A model generated the notes under the pieces. The model made no database searches and had not been told where the DNA came from. It was given only the letters and a program-made list of their open reading frames with translations. Positions 36,062 through 44,688 of a stretch of DNA of 48,472 bases are shown here, piece after piece. The stretch lies in the NCBI GenBank assembly GCA_004525685.1, contig SPBW01000001.1, positions 1-48,472 on the forward strand, written 5' to 3'. This DNA comes from Candidatus Atribacteria bacterium (GTDB taxonomy: Bacteria; Bipolaricaulota; Bipolaricaulia; UBA7950; UBA9294). Numbering within the stretch: the stretch's first letter is position 1; every line of letters begins with the position of its first letter. The translations under genes and the position numbers were made by a program.

Positions 36062-38989
36062 CTACGACGTGTGGTCAGGACAAATAGTTGCATAGGCACA
36101 GTATTGGCATGCGCGATACGTAGGCTCTCCTGGGAAATCTCCTCGTCGTATGCCCGCAGCAGCCGATGCAATGTCTGCCCGGGCACTCTCTAGCATCTTC
36201 TGTGAAGGCTCGGCTCTCCCCACAATGACTTCGGGGGTCAAGAAGCGCAGTTCCAACATCTTGGGTGCTTTGCCGAACAGCGTCTGATACGCCAAGGCAT
36301 AGATGGCAAGCTGCAGGCTCCCCTTGGCACGGCGATCGGCCTCATCTTCTGTCTGCACATCTGAGGTCTTGTAATCGATGATCGTGCCTTCGCTATCCAC
36401 GATGTCGATCCGATCGAAGATGCCCACCAATCGAACATCATCCATCGCCAGCGAGAAGCGCTTCTCCACATAAGTGGGAACAGATGGTGAGGCTGTTTCC
36501 GCTGCGTGAAACGCCCTGAGCGCCCTTAGTCCTTGTTGAAGGCGCAACTCCTCGTGCTCGCGAGTAAGGAAGCCCTCTGCTTGCCAGGCCTTCTTGAATG
36601 CGTCATGTAGCTCACTGACGGGCGTATCGCGATTCGTCATCCGATTGAGATGGAAGAGGCGAATGGCTTGGTGAATGGCGTTGCCGTAGATGACGGCATG
36701 GTGCTGTCGGATGGGCACGCGCAGGATGTGGATGTACTTATACTTCTTCGGGCAGGTGAGGAAGTCGTCAATCTTTCGATGACTGAGCGTGAGGATCTCC
36801 TCGCCCTGAGGGAATAGAACAAGTTCCTGTTGCTTGGGGGACTCTGCCTCATCTGATCTCCCGCGTCTTGAGAGTCGGAGCAGCGGCGCCCGCCGCTGTG
36901 GCCGTACTTGTGATGCATCGACATCAAGGGCTTCGGAAATGAACAACGAGGGCTTGCGAATGCGCTTGCCTCCGTAATCCTGTCCGCTAGAGAAGACGAC
37001 ATCTTCCTTGGCTCGGGTCATGCCCACGTAGAACAGCCGCCGCTCCTCTTGGCGATGAAAGTCCGAGTCCGACACGATGTCCTTGACCAGACCGCCTGGC
37101 AGGGGAATCGGATCGGCACGGTTGTTCGATGGGAATCGGCCCGACACAAGCCCCACCATGAACACGATGGGGAATTCCAGTCCCTTGGCTTGGTGAATGG
37201 TCAGCACGCTGACGGCATCATCATCCCATTGAGCGTCTCCCACAGGGGGGTTGTCTCCTGCCTCGATGAGATCATCGAGATAGTCGATGAACCATGCGAC
37301 GCGATCGTAGCGCGCCACGCGCGAGAATCGTTCGATGATGGAGAACAGCCTTGCCAGATTCTGAACACGCTGATTATCTGCGGGAACCGGCGAATTGGAC
37401 AACCGTTCGATCGTGCCCGTCTGTGTCGAAAGATACTGGAACAACAACTCGCCTGTTCGTTCCTTTGTCGACAAGGGCAACAACACGTCAAGGTCTTCGA
37501 GTAATCGTGCAATGCGCTCCAAAGCATCAGGCGAAACATCGAGGAACCCAGCATTGTTGGAGAGAATGCGCAAGATCTGCAACAGCGACTTGTTCTGCCT
37601 TTGGGCATGGGCTGTCGCCAAGGCAAGGCTCTCAGCAGGCACTTCATACGGCTCTGAACTAGCCAAGTAATGAAGTGACAGCGTGTCTCGAGGATCGGCC
37701 AGAACGCGCAGTAAGGCAATCGCCGATCGGATTTCTTCTTGGTCATACAAGCCTCGGCTGCCTGAGAAACGCCAGGGAACGCGAGCCAAGTTGAGCGCCC
37801 TTAAAAAGGCGTCTGCCTGAGCATTGCCTCGAACGAGGATAGCGAAATCGGAATAGGGTCGGCTCTCGTCAGCATGTCGTGTAACAACGGCGTCTGCCAC
37901 GAAATCACATTCATCTTCCAGCGATTCGAAGTGATGATGCGACGGCGCATGCCCCTTGTCGGAATTCGAATGCAGGCGCTTGGTGATCTGCGCTCGAACC
38001 TCTAACCGATCCGGGTTGTTGTTCTGAATGAGGCGGTAGGCCGAATCAAGAATCGCCTGGGTCGATCGGTAGTTCTCATCAAGCACGATGAGCTTTGCGT
38101 CGGGGAATGACTCCTGAAACCCGAGGATGTTGCTGATGGCAGCACCACGGAACTTGTAGATTGACTGATCATCGTCGCCACATACTGTGAGATTGCGGTG
38201 ACTGGCCAGAAGCTTTAGAAGTTCCGACTGCGCGTAGTTCGTGTCCTGGAACTCGTCGACGAGGATGTAACGGAACCGGCGGCGGTAGCGCTCGAGAACT
38301 GTTGGATGCTCTCGGAATAGGCGAAGTGTCAGGGTGATCTGATCGCCAAAATCGACGAATCCGGCCTCAGCAAGAAGCGTCTGATACGTAGCGTAGGTTG
38401 CTGCCAATTCCTTCTGTTGCGCGGCTTCTTCAAGAAAGAGTGCGTAGTCCTCGTCATTCTCCCTTCCCTTGAGATCTCTTTCTAGCTCTTGCGCGAAGGC
38501 GGCGTAGTCTGCGGGCGACACATCTTCATCCTTGGCGCGCGAGAACAAGGACAGAAGCGAGCGCAGATGACGCATCGGATTGCCCAATGGCCTGAATCGC
38601 TCCAACGGGAGATCGAACAACCGCTCCTTCAAGAAAATGGCCTGCTCGGCCTCGGTCAGAATCCGAAAGGATGGAGACAGGCCCAGCAAGATGGCGTTCT
38701 CACGCAGTACACGATCACAGAATGCGTGAAACGTTCCAATCTGTGCTTCGACATAGCCATAGGGGACGAGCAAGTCGACGCGTTCTTCCATCTCTGCGGC
38801 CGCCTTCTCAGTGAAGGTGAGTGCGAGGATCTCTGCCGGGCGAGCCAGTTTCTCGGCAATCAGCCACGCAATGCGTCGCGTAATGGCGGTGGTCTTTCCT
38901 GTGCCAACGCCAGCGACGATCAGCAAAGGGCCGTCGCCATGTGTGACCGCCTCGCGTTGAGCTGGGTTGAGATCTGCTAGGAGTTCCAT
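36062..38989 (-). CDS. UvrD/PcrA-type SF1 helicase fused to a C-terminal Cas4/AddB-like PD-(D/E)XK nuclease with Cys4 cluster motif
   Basis: Helicase motifs AGVGTGKT, DEFQDTN, TIHQAKGLEF, YVGMTRAKE. Nuclease region CPKKYKY...GIFDRID...IIDYKTS...QLAIYALAY...CQYCAYATICP. ATG 38989 gives the N-terminus MELLADLNPAQREAV. Confidence 0.85.
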   Translation of the reverse strand: MELLADLNPAQREAVTHGDGPLLIVAGVGTGKTTAITRRIAWLIAEKLARPAEILALTFTEKAAAEMEERVDLLVPYGYVEAQIGTFHAFCDRVLRENAILLGLSPSFRILTEAEQAIFLKERLFDLPLERFRPLGNPMRHLRSLLSLFSRAKDEDVSPADYAAFAQELERDLKGRENDEDYALFLEEAAQQKELAATYATYQTLLAEAGFVDFGDQITLTLRLFREHPTVLERYRRRFRYILVDEFQDTNYAQSELLKLLASHRNLTVCGDDDQSIYKFRGAAISNILGFQESFPDAKLIVLDENYRSTQAILDSAYRLIQNNNPDRLEVRAQITKRLHSNSDKGHAPSHHHFESLEDECDFVADAVVTRHADESRPYSDFAILVRGNAQADAFLRALNLARVPWRFSGSRGLYDQEEIRSAIALLRVLADPRDTLSLHYLASSEPYEVPAESLALATAHAQRQNKSLLQILRILSNNAGFLDVSPDALERIARLLEDLDVLLPLSTKERTGELLFQYLSTQTGTIERLSNSPVPADNQRVQNLARLFSIIERFSRVARYDRVAWFIDYLDDLIEAGDNPPVGDAQWDDDAVSVLTIHQAKGLEFPIVFMVGLVSGRFPSNNRADPIPLPGGLVKDIVSDSDFHRQEERRLFYVGMTRAKEDVVFSSGQDYGGKRIRKPSLFISEALDVDASQVRPQRRAPLLRLSRRGRSDEAESPKQQELVLFPQGEEILTLSHRKIDDFLTCPKKYKYIHILRVPIRQHHAVIYGNAIHQAIRLFHLNRMTNRDTPVSELHDAFKKAWQAEGFLTREHEELRLQQGLRALRAFHAAETASPSVPTYVEKRFSLAMDDVRLVGIFDRIDIVDSEGTIIDYKTSDVQTEDEADRRAKGSLQLAIYALAYQTLFGKAPKMLELRFLTPEVIVGRAEPSQKMLESARADIASAAAGIRRGDFPGEPTYRACQYCAYATICPDHTS

Positions 38990-38996
38990 AGGAATG

Positions 38997-39026
38997 AGTA
39001 TAGTGGCAGACGAAACAGGGACGCAA
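38997..39026 (-). promoter_or_regulatory. candidate promoter for the helicase-nuclease gene (leaderless geometry)
   Basis: On the minus strand: TTGCGT, 18 nt, TATACT, 7 nt, then ATG 38989. No SD. Hexamer match only. Confidence 0.35.
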
Positions 39027-39115
39027 CGGGGATCTGCTCGCAAGGGATGCAGCCCTTGATTCTTCCATGCTTGAGTTGGCAGAGGGGAGGTGAGCAGACC
39101 CTGTGAAGATGTAGC

Positions 39116-39301
39116 CTACTCCTGTGGAACGAGCAGCCACAACAGAAGATAGACCCAGATTCCAGCACTGCCGCAGAGAGCGAACGCGACGAATAGGACA
39201 CGAACCAGGAGCGGATCGATATTGAAGTGTGTAGCCAATCCTCCGCTCACGCCTGCGACTTTGCGATCGGTCCTGCTGCGTCTGAGTTGTGGCGTACTCA
39301 C
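39116..39301 (-). CDS. PspC domain small membrane protein
   Basis: LRRSRTDRKVAGVSGGLATHFNIDPLLVRVLFVAFALCG matches the PspC domain. GTG 39301 lies 1 nt after the MscS TAG, with AAGGGG 6 nt upstream. The track ATG at 39430 lies inside the MscS gene. Confidence 0.7.
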   Translation of the reverse strand: MSTPQLRRSRTDRKVAGVSGGLATHFNIDPLLVRVLFVAFALCGSAGIWVYLLLWLLVPQE

Positions 39302-39302
39302 G

Positions 39303-40235
39303 CTACACCCCTTCTGGCGGCTGCTTGTCTGGCACGCTCTTGCCTTCCTCAGGCTCGCGGAAGATGCGCGACGTCTTGTAGGCGAAGTCGATCGAGCGTT
39401 CGGCTGCAAAGGCTTCGAGAACCTCCTCACAGACGGCCTGCGAGGTCTTGCGGCGGGATCGCGCTTCGCAAATGTAACGTAGCGTCAATTCGATGCCATC
39501 AGAAACGATGCGCGTGTAGACGACGGGGCGAACATTGGCAGAGCGGATGAGAAACTTGCGAGACGCCTCCTGAATGAAGCGAGAGGCTTCTTCTGTTACG
39601 GATTCGACGCGCTTGAGCAGAATGTTCTCAAGCAGCTGTTTGGCACGATGCCAATCGGATTCAAAGGTGACAGTGATGGGAATCTCACTCCATACGTAGT
39701 TGAATCCCTGCGTGATGTTAATCACGGGTTCCACAAAGACTTTGCCATTGGGGATGTGGACGATCCTGCCGGTTATCTGCTCTCCCTCTTCTGGCGTTGA
39801 TACCTCCAGAACGGAGAATGTCGAGACACCGATGTCAATGACATCGCCTGCCATCGGGCCAATCTGGATTCGGTCACCCACAGCAAACGGGCGCCTCCAT
39901 CCAACGAAGATCCAACCAAACCAGTTGACAATGGGGTCGCGCAAAGCGACTGCCAACCCGGCAGATAGGAGTCCCAAATACGTGACAAGTGATTGGATGC
40001 CTTCCAGCCACACCCGGCCGACGAGAATGATCCCGACGGCTGTGAGAGAGTAGGTTCCTATCTTTCTCCAGCGGTAGCGGGAGCGCGGCTCATCTGTCCT
40101 GCGGTAGACGACGGCGATGAAAGCCCAGCGAAGAAGTGATAACACGACGATGATCGCCATGGTGACCAACAACTTGATGATCGACGTCGATCCCATGCCC
40201 GTAACATCGCCAAGCCAGTTGATCAATTCCTGCAT
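39303..40235 (-). CDS. small-conductance mechanosensitive channel (MscS family)
   Basis: Three N-terminal TM helices. VGDRIQIGPMAGDVIDIGVSTFSVLEV beta-domain motif. SD GGAGAGGGA. Confidence 0.85.
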   Translation of the reverse strand: MQELINWLGDVTGMGSTSIIKLLVTMAIIVVLSLLRWAFIAVVYRRTDEPRSRYRWRKIGTYSLTAVGIILVGRVWLEGIQSLVTYLGLLSAGLAVALRDPIVNWFGWIFVGWRRPFAVGDRIQIGPMAGDVIDIGVSTFSVLEVSTPEEGEQITGRIVHIPNGKVFVEPVINITQGFNYVWSEIPITVTFESDWHRAKQLLENILLKRVESVTEEASRFIQEASRKFLIRSANVRPVVYTRIVSDGIELTLRYICEARSRRKTSQAVCEEVLEAFAAERSIDFAYKTSRIFREPEEGKSVPDKQPPEGV

Positions 40236-40487
40236 TCCCTCTCCGATGGTTCGCAGATGCCCAACGATATCGCATTCGAGATGAATAGACTACTCGCGCT
40301 CGAATCGTGCCTCTGCGGCGCAATGTGCCGGTATCGGGAGATGACGCCATGTATCAGGCGCGCGATGGCAGGCATGCGCGCGGGGTTGCCTGGCTCAATC
40401 TCGGTTTGCCAAAACCACGAGGCAGACGTATCCTTCAGCATTTCTCTAGACGCGACTCGTCTTCATGAGAACAAGAAGGTGGAGTAC

Positions 40488-41708
40488 GTGAACGGGATTC
40501 TAGCAACTGGGTTAACCATCATGATGGGCTACGTCTTGGGAGAACTGGTCCGAAAGATCGGCCTTCCAAGAGTCAGCGGATACATCGTCGCCGGTTTGTT
40601 GCTGAACCCGAAGATCACGGGATTTGTCGACTCGGGATTTGTCAAGGACATGGGGATTGCTACTGATTTCTCGCTGGCCATTCTTACCTTTGCCATCGGC
40701 GGAACGCTCGCTCTTTCTTCTTTGCGGGACCTGGGCAAGAAGATCTTGTTCATCGCCTTGGGTGAAGCGCAACTGTCTGCATTGCTCGTCATGGCTGGAT
40801 GTCTTGCCACGTTGCCTTTCTTGCTTCCCGGAGTCAATGGTTTCTGGACCGTGATTGCGCCACTGGCCATCCTGCTTGGAGCGCTTGCATCCCCCACGGA
40901 TCCGTCTGCCACGCTGGCTGTTGTGCGGCAATACAAAGCCAAGGGCATGGTTACCTTCAGCATCATGGCCTCTGCCGCCCTGGATGACGCGCTGGGTATC
41001 CTCAACTATAGCCTCGCCGTTGTCGTTGCCATGGTTCTGGTGACCCATCATTTGGGAGGCATCGGGACGATCCTTGAGCCGCTGATTTCCATTGGCGGCG
41101 CGGTCGCGCTGGGGGCCGCGGCAGGATTAGCATTTCGATACGCGCCCACGTGGTTGCGAGGCGAGAATGATGGGCTTCAGCTTGCCCTTCTGCTAGGGCT
41201 CTTGGGCGTTTGCTATGGTGTGTCGTCAAAGCTCAATCTGGATCAGCTGCTCGCTACCATGGTCATGGGCATAACGATCGTCAACACGTCTCGACATCAG
41301 GAACGTCATCACATCTTCCATCTGCTCGAGGAATCGATTGAGCCCATCGTGTTCATTGTGTTCTTCACGATCAGTGGCATGCTTCTTGACGTCGCTGTCC
41401 TCATTCAGTACTTGCCTGTTGTCCTCGTGTTCGTATTCTTCCGATCTGTCGGCAAGCTCGCTGGCGCGAATCTTGGAGCTCGATTGGGTAAAGCATCCCC
41501 CAATGTTCGAAAGTACACGGGATGGGGACTCATCCCTCAAGGAGGAATCGTCATCGGCCTGGCGCTTCTTCTGCAGGACGTGCCGGCCCTTGCCTCTATC
41601 AGTCACATTCTGCTCAATGTCATCATCGGCGCCACCGTCATTCACGAGCTAATTGGCCCTCTCACGGCCAAAATGGCCATCATGAAGTCCGGCGAAGCGC
41701 AGCGGTAG
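40488..41708 (+). CDS. cation:proton antiporter (Na+/H+ exchanger, CPA family)
   Basis: About 12 TM helices; LGLPRVSGYIVAGLLLNP and SPTDPSATLAV are typical of Kef/NhaP-type exchangers. GTG 40488 preceded by AAGGTGGAG. The Cys-rich 77-aa track extension looks non-coding. Confidence 0.85.
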   Translation: MNGILATGLTIMMGYVLGELVRKIGLPRVSGYIVAGLLLNPKITGFVDSGFVKDMGIATDFSLAILTFAIGGTLALSSLRDLGKKILFIALGEAQLSALLVMAGCLATLPFLLPGVNGFWTVIAPLAILLGALASPTDPSATLAVVRQYKAKGMVTFSIMASAALDDALGILNYSLAVVVAMVLVTHHLGGIGTILEPLISIGGAVALGAAAGLAFRYAPTWLRGENDGLQLALLLGLLGVCYGVSSKLNLDQLLATMVMGITIVNTSRHQERHHIFHLLEESIEPIVFIVFFTISGMLLDVAVLIQYLPVVLVFVFFRSVGKLAGANLGARLGKASPNVRKYTGWGLIPQGGIVIGLALLLQDVPALASISHILLNVIIGATVIHELIGPLTAKMAIMKSGEAQR

Positions 41709-41965
41709 CCTCAAGTACTTGCGTGTTCGACTCTCCCGCCACCCTTGAAGAAATGATTGTCTTGCACGGATTACGTGCGATCCCCTCTTGAGAAGAGGGC
41801 TGGCTTCGTGCGGCACCCGGGCTCTTCTTGGCTGGCACAGAATCACCGATAGCGCCAAGGGGAGGACGCAGGGATCCTGTGATAAGGAGATGCGCCACGC
41901 AGTCAACGCAACTGCGCGGCGCTACACGAGGCTCTTGCTTGGAGGTTGGCAAGATGGCGTCGAGC

Positions 41966-42352
41966 CTAGGGCTGCCAGTTGGGATCGACAAGCAGCAAGA
42001 GAATGTCGTGCTTGCCAGCTCCTGCCGCCAATGTGTGACCAGCGACGGCAACCTTCCCTGAGGTCAGCTGGCAAAGTGTCGTCATCCACTCATTGCCCGT
42101 AGAGTCGCCGAGGCTGGCGTCCCAGACGATTCGTCCCGACGACGACACCCGTAGTAGCCAGGCATCATTGTGGGTTGTCGACGTTGCAGTCTTAGCTCCG
42201 CAGACAAGGAGATCACCGTTGTCTAGCTCGATCAGGCCCTCACCATAGTCGAAGCTGCGTGAATCCCCGAAACTGCTGAGCCGAAGGCGGCTGCCAGCTG
42301 GATTAAACCAAGACACCCTGACGTCGTTTCCATCGATACGTTCTTGGTCTCC
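41966..42352 (-). pseudogene. same-frame continuation of the upstream propeller-repeat gene beyond an in-frame TAG
   Basis: The frame is identical to 42353-43774. The translation continues the ~38-aa repeat (LVCGAKTATSTTHNDAWLLRVSSSGRIVW, VAVAGHTLAAGAGKHDILLLLV) and ends at TAG 41966-41968. Confidence 0.55.
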
Positions 42353-43774
42353 CTAGCCGACGACGACGTAGTCGCCGGATGACGATACGATGACATCCAA
42401 AGCGACATCGAATTTCGCGAAGCCATCGACCTTCTGCATCAGAATGTCGCCAGACGGCGACAGCGCAGCAAGCAGTACATCATAGTTGCCAGCCCCACTC
42501 GATGTTGTGCCGCCGACGACAATGAGCGTGCCATCTTCGTTCTCGACAATGGCATGTGCGCGTTCCAAGGCATCGCCTGTCAAGAGAGTTCTCCAGAGTT
42601 CGAACCCTTCTGCATCCGTATGAATCACGATGCCATCAGATGGCGCATCAGGCTGGAGAATCGCATAGCCACAAAGCGCGAGACCGCCATCCGTCGTCGT
42701 GATGCCGTAGCCGGCATCTGGCGCTTCGTCGCCATAGGTCCTCAACCATTCCATCTCACCATTGCTCGTCAGTTTCAACAGCAAGACATCTTCCATGCCA
42801 GATCCAGCCGAGGTGGTGTAGCCGACGATGGCCAGTCCGCCGTCATCCGTCACACAGACGTCGTGCCCGTACTCGCGACCCGGCCCGCCGATTGACTTGG
42901 CCCACAGAGTGTCTACGTTTGCGTCGAATCGTACGGCCAGCAGATCTGAGGCTGCCTGGGCAGACGAGAAGGTGTAGCCGACGATGACGAATCCATCCTC
43001 GACCCCACACATGCCCATCGCTCCCTCGGACTCACGGCCGCCAATGGCCCATCCCGACAATGTCGGTCCGCCAAGATCGACGGCCGCACGCTCGAAGCCA
43101 ACATCTTGAACGATGATGGAGTCGAGGGATCTGTCGAAGGTCACGTTCGCGTCGAGTGAACGGGAGATGATCTCAGGATTCTCCTGCGCGAAATAGCGGC
43201 CACTTGTGCCCGTCACCAGATTGCCGTCGGTGATTGGGATCTGTGATTGGCCACCCTCGATGCATGTTGCACCAAAGGTCGCACACTCAGCCATCAGATC
43301 GAAATGGCTGTCAACTGTGTGTCCTTCTAGAACGCCCGCATTGCCGAATACGAGAAGACCTGAACATCCTGTGAATAGTGTGAGTCCGGCAGCATCAGCC
43401 TGGCGGATCAATTCGAGCACAACGGGGCTCTCACGTAGGTCTTGGGCAGGGAAGGGGACGTCTCTGCCTGTCCTCGGCATCGTCGACACGACGACGGCAT
43501 CGTATCCGCTCAAATCAGGGATCACGTCGAGCGTCGTATCCACTTCAATGGCCGTACACAACGACGTGCAGTACGTGATTTCCTCTTGTGTTCCAGCCAG
43601 CGTGATCGTCCATCCCAATCTCTCGAACTGGTTGTACCAAAGAGCCGTATTGGCTCCATAGGGCGAGCTGAGGATGAGAAGAACGGAGATCCCATCTGTC
43701 ATATCAGGAGCAGAGACGACCTGAAATCCAGAGAACAACAGCAACATCGCAAATGCACACACAGCAATACGCAT
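42353..43774 (-). CDS. secreted DJ-1/PfpI-like (class I amidotransferase-like) domain + SBBP-like beta-propeller repeats; terminated by in-frame TAG
   Basis: Signal peptide MRIAVCAFAMLLLFSGFQVVSA. GYDAVVV...LFTGCSGLLVFGNAGVLEGHTV (nucleophile-elbow-like). Then the repeated unit DG-x-hydrophobic-VGYT-x-S-x-G-x3-D-hydrophobic-x-K/R-x5-G-x3-W. ATG 43774 with GGTGA upstream. Confidence 0.7.
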   Translation of the reverse strand: MRIAVCAFAMLLLFSGFQVVSAPDMTDGISVLLILSSPYGANTALWYNQFERLGWTITLAGTQEEITYCTSLCTAIEVDTTLDVIPDLSGYDAVVVSTMPRTGRDVPFPAQDLRESPVVLELIRQADAAGLTLFTGCSGLLVFGNAGVLEGHTVDSHFDLMAECATFGATCIEGGQSQIPITDGNLVTGTSGRYFAQENPEIISRSLDANVTFDRSLDSIIVQDVGFERAAVDLGGPTLSGWAIGGRESEGAMGMCGVEDGFVIVGYTFSSAQAASDLLAVRFDANVDTLWAKSIGGPGREYGHDVCVTDDGGLAIVGYTTSAGSGMEDVLLLKLTSNGEMEWLRTYGDEAPDAGYGITTTDGGLALCGYAILQPDAPSDGIVIHTDAEGFELWRTLLTGDALERAHAIVENEDGTLIVVGGTTSSGAGNYDVLLAALSPSGDILMQKVDGFAKFDVALDVIVSSSGDYVVVG

Positions 43775-44043
43775 AGATATCACCGCTGGCCTGTCATACT
43801 CGATGCGCGTTGTGATCGCGTTTCAGCAGCGTCTCTTCCGCTCTGGGTTGATGGTTTGGCGCCCCATATGGAGACGCTAGACTCCACGAGGGCAGATGGA
43901 ATGGGGGTTCATCGGGTGTGTATTGACGAAGTGTCATCGGTTTCTTGAACAACTTGATGAGTCTTCGAGGGACGTTGCCATCTATCCAAGTGGGGCGGTC
44001 TTGGAATTTCCAGACATCGTGATCACACAAGCAGTGCTGACCA

Positions 44044-44073
44044 TGAAAAGAGGGAAGCCGAAGCTTCCCTCTT
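44044..44073 (-). terminator. intrinsic terminator downstream of hup
   Basis: On the minus strand: AAGAGGGAAGC-UUCG-GCUUCCCUCUU followed by UUCAU. This is an 11-bp stem with a C(UUCG)G tetraloop whose 3' arm runs into a CUCUUUU tract. About 80 nt after the hup stop. Confidence 0.6.
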
Positions 44074-44084
44074 CGAATCTCTAT

Positions 44085-44120
44085 GCTGTCGAAAAGACAG
44101 CCGCTGTCAGAAAAGACAGC
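44085..44120 (-). repeat. tandem duplicated mini-hairpin in the hup 3' region
   Basis: Plus strand: GCTGTC-GAAAA-GACAGC (44085-44101) and GCTGTC-AGAAAA-GACAGC (44103-20). These are two adjacent near-identical 6-bp-stem hairpins. Confidence 0.6.
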
Positions 44121-44152
44121 CCTGCCCAAAGAGCAGGCAGACGGGCGAAACG

Positions 44153-44443
44153 TTACTTCTTGGGCTTTGCGCCCGCGACGGTATCTTTGAGGTTCTTACC
44201 TGCTTTGAACGCAGGAACGGTCTTTGCCGGCGTCTTAATCCGCTCACCGGTCTGAGGGTTCATGCGTGTCGTCGCTTTGCGCTTGCGCGTTTCGAATTTG
44301 CCGAATCCGGTGATAATAACCGGTTCGTTCTTCTTCAGCGCACTTGTAACTACTTCCACCACACCGTCCAGTGCCGCTCGTGCATCCTTCTTGGTGAGTC
44401 CCGTCTTCTTCGCTAGTTTCTCGACGAGTTCTGCCTTGTTCAC
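44153..44443 (-). CDS. hup: nucleoid-associated DNA-binding protein HU
   Basis: MNKAELVEKLAKKTGLTKKDA...GFGKFETRKRKATTRMNPQTGERIKTPAKTVPAFKAGK is a consensus HU/IHF fold. Short Lys-rich tail. GTG start with AAGGGGG 5 nt upstream. Confidence 0.95.
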   Translation of the reverse strand: MNKAELVEKLAKKTGLTKKDARAALDGVVEVVTSALKKNEPVIITGFGKFETRKRKATTRMNPQTGERIKTPAKTVPAFKAGKNLKDTVAGAKPKK

Positions 44444-44625
44444 GTCTACCCCCTTGGGTTATAGGAATCTGGCGCCAGTATAGCGACGAAGGGTAGCGTT
44501 GCCAAGTCTGTATCGTAGAAGACCTACGGGTTTGCTCGATCAAGAACGCGCGAATGCCCTATTCATGCGTGTTTCACGTAAGCTGGAAGAAGTATCGCGA
44601 TTCGGCCCAAGGGGCGGCAGTTTGC

Positions 44626-44671
44626 GCCCATCCGAGCGCATTTGCATGTTGGCAGATGCGCTGGGATGGGC
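44626..44671 (-). terminator. long stem-loop about 18 nt downstream of the aminotransferase stop (no U-tract)
   Basis: CCCATCC-G-AGCGCAT, 14-nt loop, ATGCGCT-G-GGATGGG. That is 14 bp with one G-G mismatch. The downstream sequence is not U-rich, so terminator function is uncertain. Confidence 0.35.
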
Positions 44672-44688
44672 AGATTCGATGGCTTGCG

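Noticed and set aside
40274-40305. Inverted repeat ATTCGAG-N18-CTCGAAT in the MscS/antiporter divergent region as an operator.
   Set aside because: It has 7-bp arms, a long spacer and only a single occurrence, which is within chance expectation for a 250-bp GC-rich intergenic region.
42353-42355. TAG reassignment or pyrrolysine as the explanation for the in-frame stop.
   Set aside because: TAG terminates several conserved genes here at their expected C-termini (rpmB, oxidoreductase beta subunit, MscS, gabT-like, LTD/PKD protein). No pyl genes are visible, so a genome-wide sense reading of TAG is unlikely. Local read-through or a mutation remains possible.
43794-44255. ORFs of 111 aa (minus strand) and 119 aa (plus strand) in the long gap between the propeller gene and hup.
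   Set aside because: No SD and no recognisable domains. Both run through the hup terminator hairpins, and the plus-strand ORF is also antisense to hup. The region is better read as the hup 3' region plus the promoter region of the DJ-1/propeller gene.
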